Shown: in pieces, positions 1-8,801 of the stretch
Position numbering within the stretch: position 1 is the stretch's first letter
Layout: every line of letters starts with the position of its first letter
DNA from: Desulfatiglandales bacterium
GTDB taxonomy: Bacteria > Desulfobacterota > DSM-4660 > Desulfatiglandales > Desulfatiglandaceae
Length of the DNA: 64,000 bases
Direction of reading: 5' to 3'
NCBI GenBank assembly: GCA_963662465.1
Contig: OY759599.1
Location: forward strand, 5,728,001-5,792,000
Program-made: the position numbers and the translations under genes
Notes under the pieces: generated by a model
What the model saw: only the letters and a program-made list of their open reading frames with translations
The model's database searches: none
What the model was told of the DNA's origin: nothing

Positions 1-4
1 AGAG

Positions 5-1234
5 GTGGCCATGCTCTACTGGGATGATGCCTGCTGGTTTATCATGGGCAGTCTCATGTTTGCCGCCGCCTTCGTCAAAACGGGGGTGGACAAGCGTATG
101 TGTCTCATGATGTTTAAAAAGCTGGCGGCCCCCAGCACCCGGTGGGTTACCCTCATCTTTTTTATCATCATTACGCCATTGGCCGCTTTTATTTCCGACC
201 ATGCCCTGGCCGCCATGTTCCTGCCCATCGGTATGCTGCTCTACCAGAACAGCCTCACCGACGAGATTCCCGAAGACAAGGAACTGGCCAAAATGCTCAT
301 GATCGCCATTGCCATGGCCTGCAACATCGGGGGTCCGGGTGCGCCGTCAGGCGGCGCGCGTAACGTCATCATGATGACCTACTTAAACGATATGTTCGGT
401 TTCGACATCGGCTACTTTCAGTGGGTGACTTATTGCTTTCCATTTCTCCTGCTGATGATTCCGGTGACCTGGTTCACGGTGAACTGGCGGTTCAAACCGC
501 GCATCACCTCCCTGGCGCCGGCCATGAATCACCTGAAGAACGAGATCGGACGCATGGGGGGCTGGAACCGGAAACAAATATGGGCGCTGATCATCTTTGT
601 GATCATGGTCTACGGCTGGTTCACGGAAAAGGCGTTTTTCGATTTGGGCATTTACCCGGTCCGCCTTGGGATCGGCGTTATCGCGGTGGCAGGGGCCGTA
701 GCCTATCTCCTGGCGGGCGTCGTCAACTGGCGGGATTACCAAGAACGGGTGGACTGGGGCGTGGTGTGGCTCTATGCCGGCGCCATCATTTTCGGGCGAA
801 CCCTTGACGCCACCGGCGCCGCCTACTGGATGGCCCGATCGGTCATTGACGGCCTGGCGCCCCTGGGAATGGACTCTGGGATAGCCCTGATGGCCACCTC
901 AAACGGATTGACGGCCATACTTACCAACCTCATGGCGGATGGACCGGCCGCCGCGGCCGTGGGTCCCATCGCCCTCAATATGGCGGGTCTGGTTCACCCG
1001 GGCACCACTTTTCTGCCCTTCATGGCCATGAGTACGGCCATCGCCAGTTCCTTTGCCTATTGCCTGATCATCGGCACGCCGCCCAATGCCATTGTGTACG
1101 CCAGCGGGTATCTGGAACCCAAGGATTATCTCAGGGTGGGCGTTCCCATGTGGTTCTTTGCAAACATTCTCATTGTTCTTCTGACAGCCCTATACTGGAG
1201 CTTGAGGGGGTTTGGGGGATTGCCGGGGTTCTAA
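5..1234 (+). CDS. SLC13/DASS family Na+:anion (sulfate/dicarboxylate) permease, 5'-truncated by the window edge
   Basis: Highly hydrophobic multi-TM protein with DASS-type motifs (NIGGPGAPSGGARN, GTPPNAIVYASG); frame is open to the window edge. Confidence 0.85.
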   Translation: MAMLYWDDACWFIMGSLMFAAAFVKTGVDKRMCLMMFKKLAAPSTRWVTLIFFIIITPLAAFISDHALAAMFLPIGMLLYQNSLTDEIPEDKELAKMLMIAIAMACNIGGPGAPSGGARNVIMMTYLNDMFGFDIGYFQWVTYCFPFLLLMIPVTWFTVNWRFKPRITSLAPAMNHLKNEIGRMGGWNRKQIWALIIFVIMVYGWFTEKAFFDLGIYPVRLGIGVIAVAGAVAYLLAGVVNWRDYQERVDWGVVWLYAGAIIFGRTLDATGAAYWMARSVIDGLAPLGMDSGIALMATSNGLTAILTNLMADGPAAAAVGPIALNMAGLVHPGTTFLPFMAMSTAIASSFAYCLIIGTPPNAIVYASGYLEPKDYLRVGVPMWFFANILIVLLTALYWSLRGFGGLPGF

Positions 1235-1286
1235 AAAAGTTATTAGCTGTTAGCCGTTAGCTAACAGCTAACAAGAGGAGTACACT

Positions 1287-1439
1287 ATGAAAGAGAGCAA
1301 TGCGGGTATCACCAAAAAAAAACTGTTTGTCCATGCCGGAGGCGTGACCCGGTTCGACAAGCAAACGGAACGGCGTATTTTTTTCATCCTGACCCTGATC
1401 ATGCTGGTTTGGGGAATCGTAACAAAAATCGGGTTCTAA
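1287..1439 (+). CDS. Small 50-aa single-TM membrane protein (below the ORF-track cutoff)
   Basis: GAGGAG SD at 1275-1280, ATG 1287, MKESNAGITKKKLFVHAGGVTRFDKQTERRIFFILTLIMLVWGIVTKIGF*; fills the gap within a co-directional cluster. Confidence 0.65.
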   Translation: MKESNAGITKKKLFVHAGGVTRFDKQTERRIFFILTLIMLVWGIVTKIGF

Positions 1440-1470
1440 GGTATCCGATAGAATAAGGAAAAAGTGGACC

Positions 1471-2040
1471 ATGGAATTAGAAGCCTGTAATCAAAGAGAA
1501 GACCGGATTGAATCGGAGAACACCTGGAAATTTTCTTTAATGTTTTATTTTCAGACACTCACCCGACTTTTGAGTTCGTCGGGGAGATTCTTTACCGAAC
1601 TTCCGGATAATGTATCCATGAGACCGGCCCTGGGGTGCCTGCTGATTTCCAGTCTCTTTTTCGTGGGCGCCGATCTGACCCAGCCCCATGACCGCCCCCT
1701 GTTAATGGCCATTATAGGATTCACCAATGCCCTGGTCATGTGTTTTATTTCCGCGGCTGTGGGTTTTGGCGCCATGACCATGACCCTGGGGCGGCGCGTC
1801 TCTTTTCAAAAGTTCTTTTCCGTTTATGCCTTTGCCGCAAGCGTTACCCTGCTGGCCGCCTGGATACCCTTGTTTGTATGGCTTACGGAACCCTGGAAAT
1901 GGGTGCTGATTGCCGTTGGGTTAGTTAAGGGGTGTGGATTACGCTGGTTTCAAGCCGTTATGGTGATCGGCATTTCCATTTTTGTTCTGGTTCTGTTTTT
2001 CTGGTCACTCGGCCCCGTTATCGTGTATATCCGGGGCTAA
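1471..2040 (+). CDS. YIP1-family membrane protein
   Basis: About 5 hydrophobic segments, N-terminal 'LLSSSGRFFTEL' resembling the YIP1 'P..FF' start, 'FSVYAFA' segment. Confidence 0.6.
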   Translation: MELEACNQREDRIESENTWKFSLMFYFQTLTRLLSSSGRFFTELPDNVSMRPALGCLLISSLFFVGADLTQPHDRPLLMAIIGFTNALVMCFISAAVGFGAMTMTLGRRVSFQKFFSVYAFAASVTLLAAWIPLFVWLTEPWKWVLIAVGLVKGCGLRWFQAVMVIGISIFVLVLFFWSLGPVIVYIRG

Positions 2041-2069
2041 AGTGAAAATAAGATAAGGAGGAATTCATC

Positions 2070-2747
2070 ATGTTAGTCAAAAACTGGATGAGTAAAACAG
2101 TGATCACCGCAGACATCAACGACAGTATGCAGGATGCCGTGAAGCTGTTGAAGCAGAATAACATCTCCATGCTGCCGGTGATGAAAAACGGCAAACTCGT
2201 GGGTATCGTGACGGATCGGGACCTGAAAAGGGCCTCCGCATCCGATGCCACCACCCTTGAAGTGCATGAACTTCTTTTTTTGATATCAAAGATCAAGGTC
2301 AAGGAGATCATGACGGAAAATCCTGTGAGTATCCCCATTGATTTTACCGTGGAGGAAGCCGCCGAGGTTCTCCTGGAGAAAAACATTTCCGGCGCGCCGG
2401 TGGTGGATAAGACAGGCAAAGTCGTCGGAACCATCACCAAGGGGGATATGTTCCGGGTGCTGATCGCCCTGACGGGTGTGGGGAAGCGGGGCATACAGTT
2501 TGCCTTCGAGGTGGAGGATCGCCCGGGCTCCATTCAAGAACTGACCGACGTGATACGGCATTATGGCGGCCGCATGGTCAGCATTCTAAGTACCTACGAA
2601 CACGTTCGAAAAGGCTATCGAAAGGTGTTTATCCGCATGTATGGGGTCGATAGGGACAAGCTCCCCCAACTGGAAAAAGATCTGGGAGAAAAGGCGAAAT
2701 ATCTCTATCTGGTGGATCATCGTGAAAACCGGCGGGAAATTTTTTAG
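2070..2747 (+). CDS. CBS-pair + ACT domain protein (AcuB-like)
   Basis: Two CBS repeats (LVGIVTDRDL, VVGTITKGD) then ACT motif EDRPGSI; SD AAGGAGG. Confidence 0.9.
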   Translation: MLVKNWMSKTVITADINDSMQDAVKLLKQNNISMLPVMKNGKLVGIVTDRDLKRASASDATTLEVHELLFLISKIKVKEIMTENPVSIPIDFTVEEAAEVLLEKNISGAPVVDKTGKVVGTITKGDMFRVLIALTGVGKRGIQFAFEVEDRPGSIQELTDVIRHYGGRMVSILSTYEHVRKGYRKVFIRMYGVDRDKLPQLEKDLGEKAKYLYLVDHRENRREIF

Positions 2748-2842
2748 GGTGTTTGGACAATTCCCCTGCTTTTTTTAGGGAATGGGTCTGTTATTTCGGG
2801 CTCATCCCTGAAGCAGGGAATCTTCCTGTTGGGGGGTGTCCT

Positions 2843-3244
2843 TTGGAAAAGGGAAATGAATTTACCATTCTGATTGCCGATAGAAACCCCCATGTCAGGG
2901 CGTTTTTACAGCGTGAAATGATGGCTGAAGGCTATCGGGTCTACCTGGCAAAAAACGGCCGGGAGGTGTTGGAGTGGATCTATCATCACGGGCCTCTGGA
3001 CCTGGTTGTTCTCGACGTGGATTTGCCGGATGCCGACGAGATAGCCTTGCTGGAAAACCTCAACGATCGAATACCCCTGTTGCCCGTGGTGGTGCATGCG
3101 TTTCCCACGGATTTTTGCCCTCACGCCACGTCTCTGAATAAGGTTTCCTTTGTGGAAAAGCGCGGCAACAGTATTGAACCCCTCAAGAAAACCGTATCCG
3201 CTTTACTGAAAAATATGCACTATGAAGAAAAGGAGCAGACTTAA
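2843..3244 (+). CDS. Single-domain response regulator (receiver), atypical acidic pocket
   Basis: ILIADRN...DLVVLDVDLPD...VEK receiver pattern; TTG start at 2843 chosen after a G-rich SD (track start 2753). Confidence 0.75.
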   Translation: MEKGNEFTILIADRNPHVRAFLQREMMAEGYRVYLAKNGREVLEWIYHHGPLDLVVLDVDLPDADEIALLENLNDRIPLLPVVVHAFPTDFCPHATSLNKVSFVEKRGNSIEPLKKTVSALLKNMHYEEKEQT

Positions 3245-4645
3245 ATGAAAATAAAATGGTTATTGTGGATTTTAATGCTGTTGGTCCTGTGTTTGGGTAT
3301 CTCTCATACGGCATTTTCGGCCGTTGACAATGAAGAACTGCTTAAAAAGCTCAATAACCTGACGAGTACCCTGCAAAAGCAGCAACAGGAAATTGAGAAT
3401 TTGAAAAGGGCACTCCGGGAACAACAAAAGAGTACGGAGCAAGTGGGAGAAGCACAGAAAAAAATGATTGAGACGGCAGTCAAAACCGAAACCGAAAAAA
3501 CAGAAAAATCCTGGACCGCTCGCCTACCCAAATGGACCCGGAAAATCAAGCTGTCGGGGGACCTGCGACTTCGCTATGAAAGGCTCTGGGATCGCGAAAT
3601 GTTGAATGCAAATGGAACCCCGGGAAAACAGGATCCCCGAGACCGAGGGAGAATCAGGGTAAGGCTTTTTCTGGATGCACCCATTACCGATGAAATCAGC
3701 ACCCATGTTATGGTCACCACCAATATGTCAACGCATCAGGAGGCGACCACCACCAACGTCACCTTTGGGGAAGACTTCAACGACAAGGGAATATATCTGG
3801 CCAGAGCCTACGCCGAATATGCGCCTAACTGGTTGAAAGGCCTAAAGTTGGGAGGTGGCAAGTTTAAAAAGAATTTCGTCCAGACCGACATCATGTGGGA
3901 TACGGACGTAAACCCGGATGGCGCGTATGAATTATACCGCTATACAGGCTCGGACATCATTCAGCCGTTCGTTTATCTGGGGCAGATGGTACTCAATGAA
4001 AACAATCGCACCCCGGATGCCATGCTCTATTTGCAGCAGGCCGGTTTTGACTGGAACGCGGGTCCGGTGAAGGTGCTTTTGGCAGGCAGTTACTATAGCT
4101 GGAGCAACCTGAATGGGACTAAATGGATGTATTCGGGAGATTACAACAGTGGTGGGGGCAATTCCTTTGTGGTGGACCCAGCCACGGGCGATACCCAATT
4201 CGAATATGGCTATAAGCTCTGGGAAGCCATCAGTTATATTCGCTTCAATGCCGGGCCTTATCCCGCTGAAATTTATCTGGATTATGTATACAACGCGGCC
4301 GACGGAGTGCCCAACAATGAGAATAAAGCCTACAATTTCTCTTTCAAAATTGGAAACGAATGGAAAAAAGGCGCCTACTCCTTCTATTATAAATACGCTT
4401 ACATTGAACAGAATGCCGTTCTGGGCTCTCTGAACGACCAGGATTTTTATGGGGCAAACCGGAAAGGCCACAAGGTGGCCGTTCATTTCTGGCCCTGGAG
4501 TTCAGTACTCTTGAGAGCTGCATTTTTCTACACCGGTCCGGTCAGCGACTGGAAAACCGCGGCGGAAGGGAATCCCCTTTGGAATACGGACCGCTACCGG
4601 GAACACGAAGATCGACTTCAGGTGGATTTTATCTTCAAGTTTTAA
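3245..4645 (+). CDS. Putative outer-membrane porin with N-terminal coiled coil
   Basis: Signal peptide, coiled coil, KLSGDLRLRYE barrel start, C-terminal aromatic DFIFKF beta-signal. Confidence 0.8.
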   Translation: MKIKWLLWILMLLVLCLGISHTAFSAVDNEELLKKLNNLTSTLQKQQQEIENLKRALREQQKSTEQVGEAQKKMIETAVKTETEKTEKSWTARLPKWTRKIKLSGDLRLRYERLWDREMLNANGTPGKQDPRDRGRIRVRLFLDAPITDEISTHVMVTTNMSTHQEATTTNVTFGEDFNDKGIYLARAYAEYAPNWLKGLKLGGGKFKKNFVQTDIMWDTDVNPDGAYELYRYTGSDIIQPFVYLGQMVLNENNRTPDAMLYLQQAGFDWNAGPVKVLLAGSYYSWSNLNGTKWMYSGDYNSGGGNSFVVDPATGDTQFEYGYKLWEAISYIRFNAGPYPAEIYLDYVYNAADGVPNNENKAYNFSFKIGNEWKKGAYSFYYKYAYIEQNAVLGSLNDQDFYGANRKGHKVAVHFWPWSSVLLRAAFFYTGPVSDWKTAAEGNPLWNTDRYREHEDRLQVDFIFKF

Positions 4646-4658
4646 CGTATACCCCTTA

Positions 4659-4679
4659 TTCCTACGCTCTGCGTGGGAA
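4659..4679. repeat. REP-like palindrome, TTCCCACGC...GCGTGGGAA family
   Basis: TTCCTACGC-TCT-GCGTGGGAA; related copies at 13749-13778 and 49846-49871. Confidence 0.6.
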
Positions 4680-4749
4680 CGGATTGAAATAAACAGCTCT
4701 GAATTTTATCGACCGATAAAACAAAAAAATCGACATCCTTTATTTTCAG

Positions 4750-4777
4750 GTAGAGACAAGGCATGCCTTGTCTCTAC
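4750..4777. repeat. GTAG-type REP palindrome
   Basis: Perfect 28-nt palindrome GTAGAGACAAGGCATGCCTTGTCTCTAC. Confidence 0.75.
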
Positions 4778-4834
4778 AGATTTGGGGACACCTTTTATTG
4801 ATATCGCAGTTTCATGCTAAAACATATACATAAA

Positions 4835-4956
4835 GGCTCATCGTGGATTTGCGTGAGATTTGGCTTCTGAGCCGATTGTAGGTGCGACTTTAGTCGCACC
4901 TACAGCCCGAACCAAAACAACCCAAAGCGCGATTTCACGTTAATCCGCAATGAACC
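4835..4956. mobile_element. 122-bp MITE, ISL3-like ends, with an internal GTAG REP hairpin
   Basis: Imperfect TIRs GGCTCATCGTGGATT / AATCCGCAATGAACC; 8-bp direct repeat TACATAAA at 4827-4834 and 4957-4964; hairpin TGTAGGTGCGACT-TT-AGTCGCACCTACA at 4877-4904. Confidence 0.75.
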
Positions 4957-5056
4957 TACATAAATAAGGGATCTCATTATGACAGCAGAATTAACACAAA
5001 CAAAAGGCTGATCTTGACATTTACGAGATCTGTTTGCCAATGAATCTGGAGGACTC

Positions 5057-5390
5057 CTTACTTATTTTTTGAGTATATTTCCGAAATTAAGTGGGGTGTC
5101 TTAGAATCGAACGAATTTGTTACAGTTATTATTTTTTTTTAATTATATAAAATTAATCATAATAATAAAGAATTTAAAGTTTGTTTAAAAATAAAATAAC
5201 CACTTGATTTTATAAACTATATTTTCTTAACTTGGCTATAAAACAGTAATCTGCTTCTTTCAGAAAACAGTTTTTAGTATTACCTTTTTTGATTTTTTGA
5301 CAAAGTTTGATATGAAATAAACAGCTATAAATTTTATCGGTAGTCTCAAGCCAGGATAAAATGTTTGGGCTTGGTCCTAACTTCGTCCAC
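5057..5390 (-). repeat. AT-rich origin-like repeat, copy A (core about 5125-5336)
   Basis: Colinear with 8107-8420 (direct) and with 39808-40020 and 41483-41675 (inverted). Confidence 0.85.
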
Positions 5391-5397
5391 TCGCACC

Positions 5398-5564
5398 TCG
5401 CGACTGAATTGGCAAGCCTCTGATGCAGAGCCCTGTAAAAGCGTAAATCATATTATTCCTGTTGCTTATTCATATTATGTCATGCCCTTTCAGGGCTCAA
5501 CGATTCTCGCAACCTGTTCCCAGGGCGTTGCCCTGGGCTAGTATGTCACGGCCCTTTAGGCCTG
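5398..5564. repeat. GCCCTGAAAGGGC / CCCAGGGCGTTGCCCTGGG palindromic repeat module
   Basis: Inverted copy at 8499-8665 and partial copy at 6384-6428; resembles the hairpin arrays that flank Y1/IS200-type transposases. Confidence 0.7.
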
Positions 5565-5606
5565 ATCAATCTCCGTGTAATCGAACATAGCCCCTATCTT
5601 CCTTCG

Positions 5607-5712
5607 TCCTTCATTAAAATTGGAAAAACGATTTATCAAGAAAGTATAAATTTGTATGAAGGAAACCCATAATTCATTGAAAAACCGTAAACCGGCAACT
5701 GTGAACGCTTAC
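5607..5712. mobile_element. Right-half remnant of the MITE seen intact at 58518-58758
   Basis: Near-identical to 58640-58758 (e.g. TGTATGAAGGAAACCCATAATTCATTGAAAAACCGT), ending TGAACGCTTAC. Confidence 0.85.
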
Positions 5713-6354
5713 CAATTGCCGAACTATATCCTTTGCCCTGATGGAAGCCCGATAGATCTCCTTCAAAGATTCGCTTGCGGGATTTGAATCGGGAACGTCA
5801 TCAAATACCAGTTCAGCATTTCCGAGAATAATGGCCAAGATATTATTGAAATCATGGGCAATCCCCCCGGCCAGGGTCCCGATGGCTTCCATTTTCTGGG
5901 ACTGCTGGAGCTGGGATTGAAGTCTTACTTTTTCTTCTTCCGCCCGCTTGCGCTCGGTGATGTCACGACAAATGCACATCATCGCAGGCCGGCCATCCCA
6001 GATGACCTTCTGCGCACTCACTTCAGTCGGCAGGTGATCTCCGGATATTGCCACCCGGGCGGTATGAGGGCCATTGTGTCCCGAGCTATCTCTTCAAATG
6101 AGACCCCGGGTCTTTCAATAAGTTTGGAGATGGCATAAAGACAGCTCAGGTCTTTGACACGCTCAGCCAGGACATGGGCCTGTTTTCTCATCTCCAGATC
6201 CAGGCGCTTTAACTCGGTGAAATCACGGATCGATGCAAAAACGGATACGGTGCGCCTCTTCAATATCCGGCGAGGGTCCATTGTCGTTCCAATCCGCCCC
6301 CGCAGCTAACAGGGCCTCTGCGCGGCGTCGGAGGGTCTATTTCGCATCATCCAT
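5713..6354 (-). pseudogene. Fragmented PAS/GAF-type sensor histidine kinase
   Basis: ATG at 6354 then TAG at codon 6 (MDDAK*TLRRRAEALL); frame changes between track ORFs 6018-6281 and 5674-6054; HisKA motif QKMEAIGTLAGGIAHDFNNIL; cut after 'IVRQL' by the MITE end, with no HATPase. Confidence 0.85.
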
Positions 6355-6383
6355 CTTGTACTCAATCCTCACATCTCTTATCT

Positions 6384-6428
6384 CAGCCCTGAAAGGGCGT
6401 GACATATTAGCCCAGAGCAACGCTCTGG
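6384..6428. repeat. Partial copy of the GCCCTGAAAGGGC repeat module
   Basis: CAGCCCTGAAAGGGCGTGACATATTAGCCCAGAGCAACGCTCTGG matches 8499-8545. Confidence 0.65.
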
Positions 6429-6477
6429 ATATTATGGACCTACGGTGAAAATTTGCACCATTGCCTGAACAATGTTG

Positions 6478-7947
6478 TCAAGTCCCCGTTCTCCATTCCG
6501 AGCGTTGCACTGGAAGAGAAAGGGTCAGCACCAGATGCTCCCGTTCCTGAACCAGACTCAACAGCCCGCCCATCTGTTTCAAAATTCGGAAGGAGAGGGG
6601 AAGGCCCATATTTTCATCCGAATCCTCCAGGGGCATGAAATAATGAACCGGGTCCTTTAATCCGGCCCGGGAAACAGGGGCTTTGAGTTCCAGGTGGAGA
6701 TGGGCGTCACTCTCAAAAGTTTTCAAATGGATCGTACCGCCTTCCGGCATCCGGGCCGCCGTATTGCGAAGCAGTTGGGTAATGACCCTTTCCAACACGT
6801 TTTGATCGGTGTACAGGTCGGAAAGATCCGCTCCCACTTCCACTTGAAAACCTACCCCCGCTTCTTTCATGTCGGTTGCCAGTTCAGCCACGACCTTCTT
6901 CACAAGGGTGTTGATGGAAGCGGGCGCCCGGGTGAGTTTCACGGGTTGGAGATAGACCATAATTTTGGCCAGGATTTCCTCCAGCCGCTTGACTTCGCGG
7001 ACAATGATGTCGCCTTCCCGCAGTTGCGGATGGGATTTCCGCAGGCGTCGGGCAAACCCGCCGATGGCCACCAGCGGGTTTCTGATCTCATGGGCTACCT
7101 CACCCAGCACGGCCCCCAGAATTTCGATCTTTTCTTTCTGCACCGCGGATTGCTCCAAAATCACCCGGTCGGTGATGTCCACCGCCAGACCCTGAATCAG
7201 GTTCGGCGACCCCATGTTCCCAACCGTGGGCAGGGGGATGGATTTGATCATGGCGTGAATCAGATGGTCGGTCCTGTGCCTGAGCCGGCATTCCACGGAA
7301 AAATGGGATGTGGCGGATCGGAAAGCCGATAAAAAAGCGTTTTTAACCCGGTTCAGATCCTCGGGGTGAATTCGCGCAAGAAACCAGTCCGGTTCCCCAA
7401 GGGCCTCCTCGGGGGTATATCCCAGCATGGACTTCGAGGCCTGGTTGACAAACGCCAGCTGAAAATCACCGCGCACCACTACGATCAGGGACGGCAGGTT
7501 CTGGACCAGGCGGAAATACCGCTGCTCGTTCACGCGAACCTGCTCCCGGAGCTCCCGACGCTCTGAAAACCGCTTCAGACACCACTTGAGGTCATGTCTT
7601 TCAATGGGTTTTTGAAGATAGTCGCAGGCCCCCACCCGAAGGGCCTGGATGGCATTTTCAACATTACCGAAGCCGGTGACAAAGACGATCTCCAGGTTTT
7701 CATCCTGCTTTTTGAGAAGGGCGGCCAGATCCAAGCCGCTCATTTCCGGCAATTGAATGTCCACGAAGGCCAGCGCAAACCGTTCTTTTTCCGCTATCCG
7801 CAGGGCCTTGCGAGGATGATCGCAGACCAGGGCTTTAAAGCCCTCCCGTTCCAGCAGCACCGCCATAAGGTGGCCTATGGCAGGGTCGTCGTCCACCACC
7901 AAAATCTTATTGCTTTTGTTTTGCGGATTTCTGATTTCCGATTGCAT
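6478..7947 (-). CDS. Receiver-PAS-HisKA-HATPase-like hybrid sensor with a degenerate ATP-binding domain
   Basis: ILVVDDD...FVDIQLP receiver; PAS (IHPEDL); H-box VAHEIRNPL; G1/G2 boxes not recognisable. Confidence 0.85.
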   Translation of the reverse strand: MQSEIRNPQNKSNKILVVDDDPAIGHLMAVLLEREGFKALVCDHPRKALRIAEKERFALAFVDIQLPEMSGLDLAALLKKQDENLEIVFVTGFGNVENAIQALRVGACDYLQKPIERHDLKWCLKRFSERRELREQVRVNEQRYFRLVQNLPSLIVVVRGDFQLAFVNQASKSMLGYTPEEALGEPDWFLARIHPEDLNRVKNAFLSAFRSATSHFSVECRLRHRTDHLIHAMIKSIPLPTVGNMGSPNLIQGLAVDITDRVILEQSAVQKEKIEILGAVLGEVAHEIRNPLVAIGGFARRLRKSHPQLREGDIIVREVKRLEEILAKIMVYLQPVKLTRAPASINTLVKKVVAELATDMKEAGVGFQVEVGADLSDLYTDQNVLERVITQLLRNTAARMPEGGTIHLKTFESDAHLHLELKAPVSRAGLKDPVHYFMPLEDSDENMGLPLSFRILKQMGGLLSLVQEREHLVLTLSLPVQRSEWRTGT

Positions 7948-8106
7948 GTGATGCTCCTAACCGTCTTAAAGGTTTCGAGCTGTGCGGTCAGCCGTTTTTT
8001 ATCGGGTACACGGGAAGGGTCACACCTGAGTAGGGTTTAATTGATCAAGATCTTGCCAGAAAAAGAAAGAAAGGGCAATAGAATCTTTGTGTAAATATGG
8101 GAACAT

Positions 8107-8420
8107 CTTACTTATTTTTTGAGTATATTTTCGGAATTAAGCAGAGCAAAATTCGAATTTGTTACAACTGTTATTTTTTTCAATTATAAAAAATTAATCA
8201 TAATAATAAAGAAGTGAAAGTTTGTTTAAAAGTCAAATAACCAACTGATTTTGTAAATTATATTTTCGGAATTCGGTTATAAAACAATAACCTGGTTCTT
8301 TCAGAAAACAGCTTTCAGCATCATCTTTTTTGGTTTTTTGACAAAGTTTGACATAAAATAAACAGCTCTAAATTTTATCGACTAATAAAACGCAAAAGGC
8401 TTGGTTCTAACTTCGGCCAC
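8107..8420 (-). repeat. AT-rich origin-like repeat, copy B
   Basis: 8334-8364 (31 nt) is the exact reverse complement of 39821-39851; colinear with copy A. Confidence 0.85.
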
Positions 8421-8498
8421 ACTTTATAGGGAGGAATGAAAAATATTCAATTTGAAAAAGTGCGGGATATTTCAAATCGCCGGGGGGCTGATATATCC

Positions 8499-8665
8499 CA
8501 GGCCTGAAGAGCCGTGACATACCAGCCCAGGGCAACGCCCTAGGAACAAGTTGTGAGGATCATTGACCCCTGTAAGGTCTTGACATTATACAAATAAGCT
8601 ATAGCCTAGCGTCTTATGTACCGCCTTTTCAGGGCTGGATCAGAAAGGTATCAATTCAGTCGCGA
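8499..8665. repeat. GCCCTGAAAGGGC repeat module, inverted relative to 5398-5564
   Basis: Shares TCGCGACTGAATTG and CCCAGGGCAACGCCCT in reverse complement. Confidence 0.7.
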
Positions 8666-8801
8666 AGCACTAATTGATCAGAGCTGCAATAACCAAATTC
8701 AAGTTCCAATTAAATGTGATGTTCCCCAATCGTCTTAAAAGTTTTGAGCCGTGCGGTTAACTCTCAAATTCCCGTTGGCAACAGGGACCAAATGATCCCA
8801 T

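Noticed and set aside
4650..8730. CRISPR array or autonomous IS in the repeat-rich region
   Set aside because: No regularly spaced identical repeats with unique spacers, and no cas or transposase ORF.
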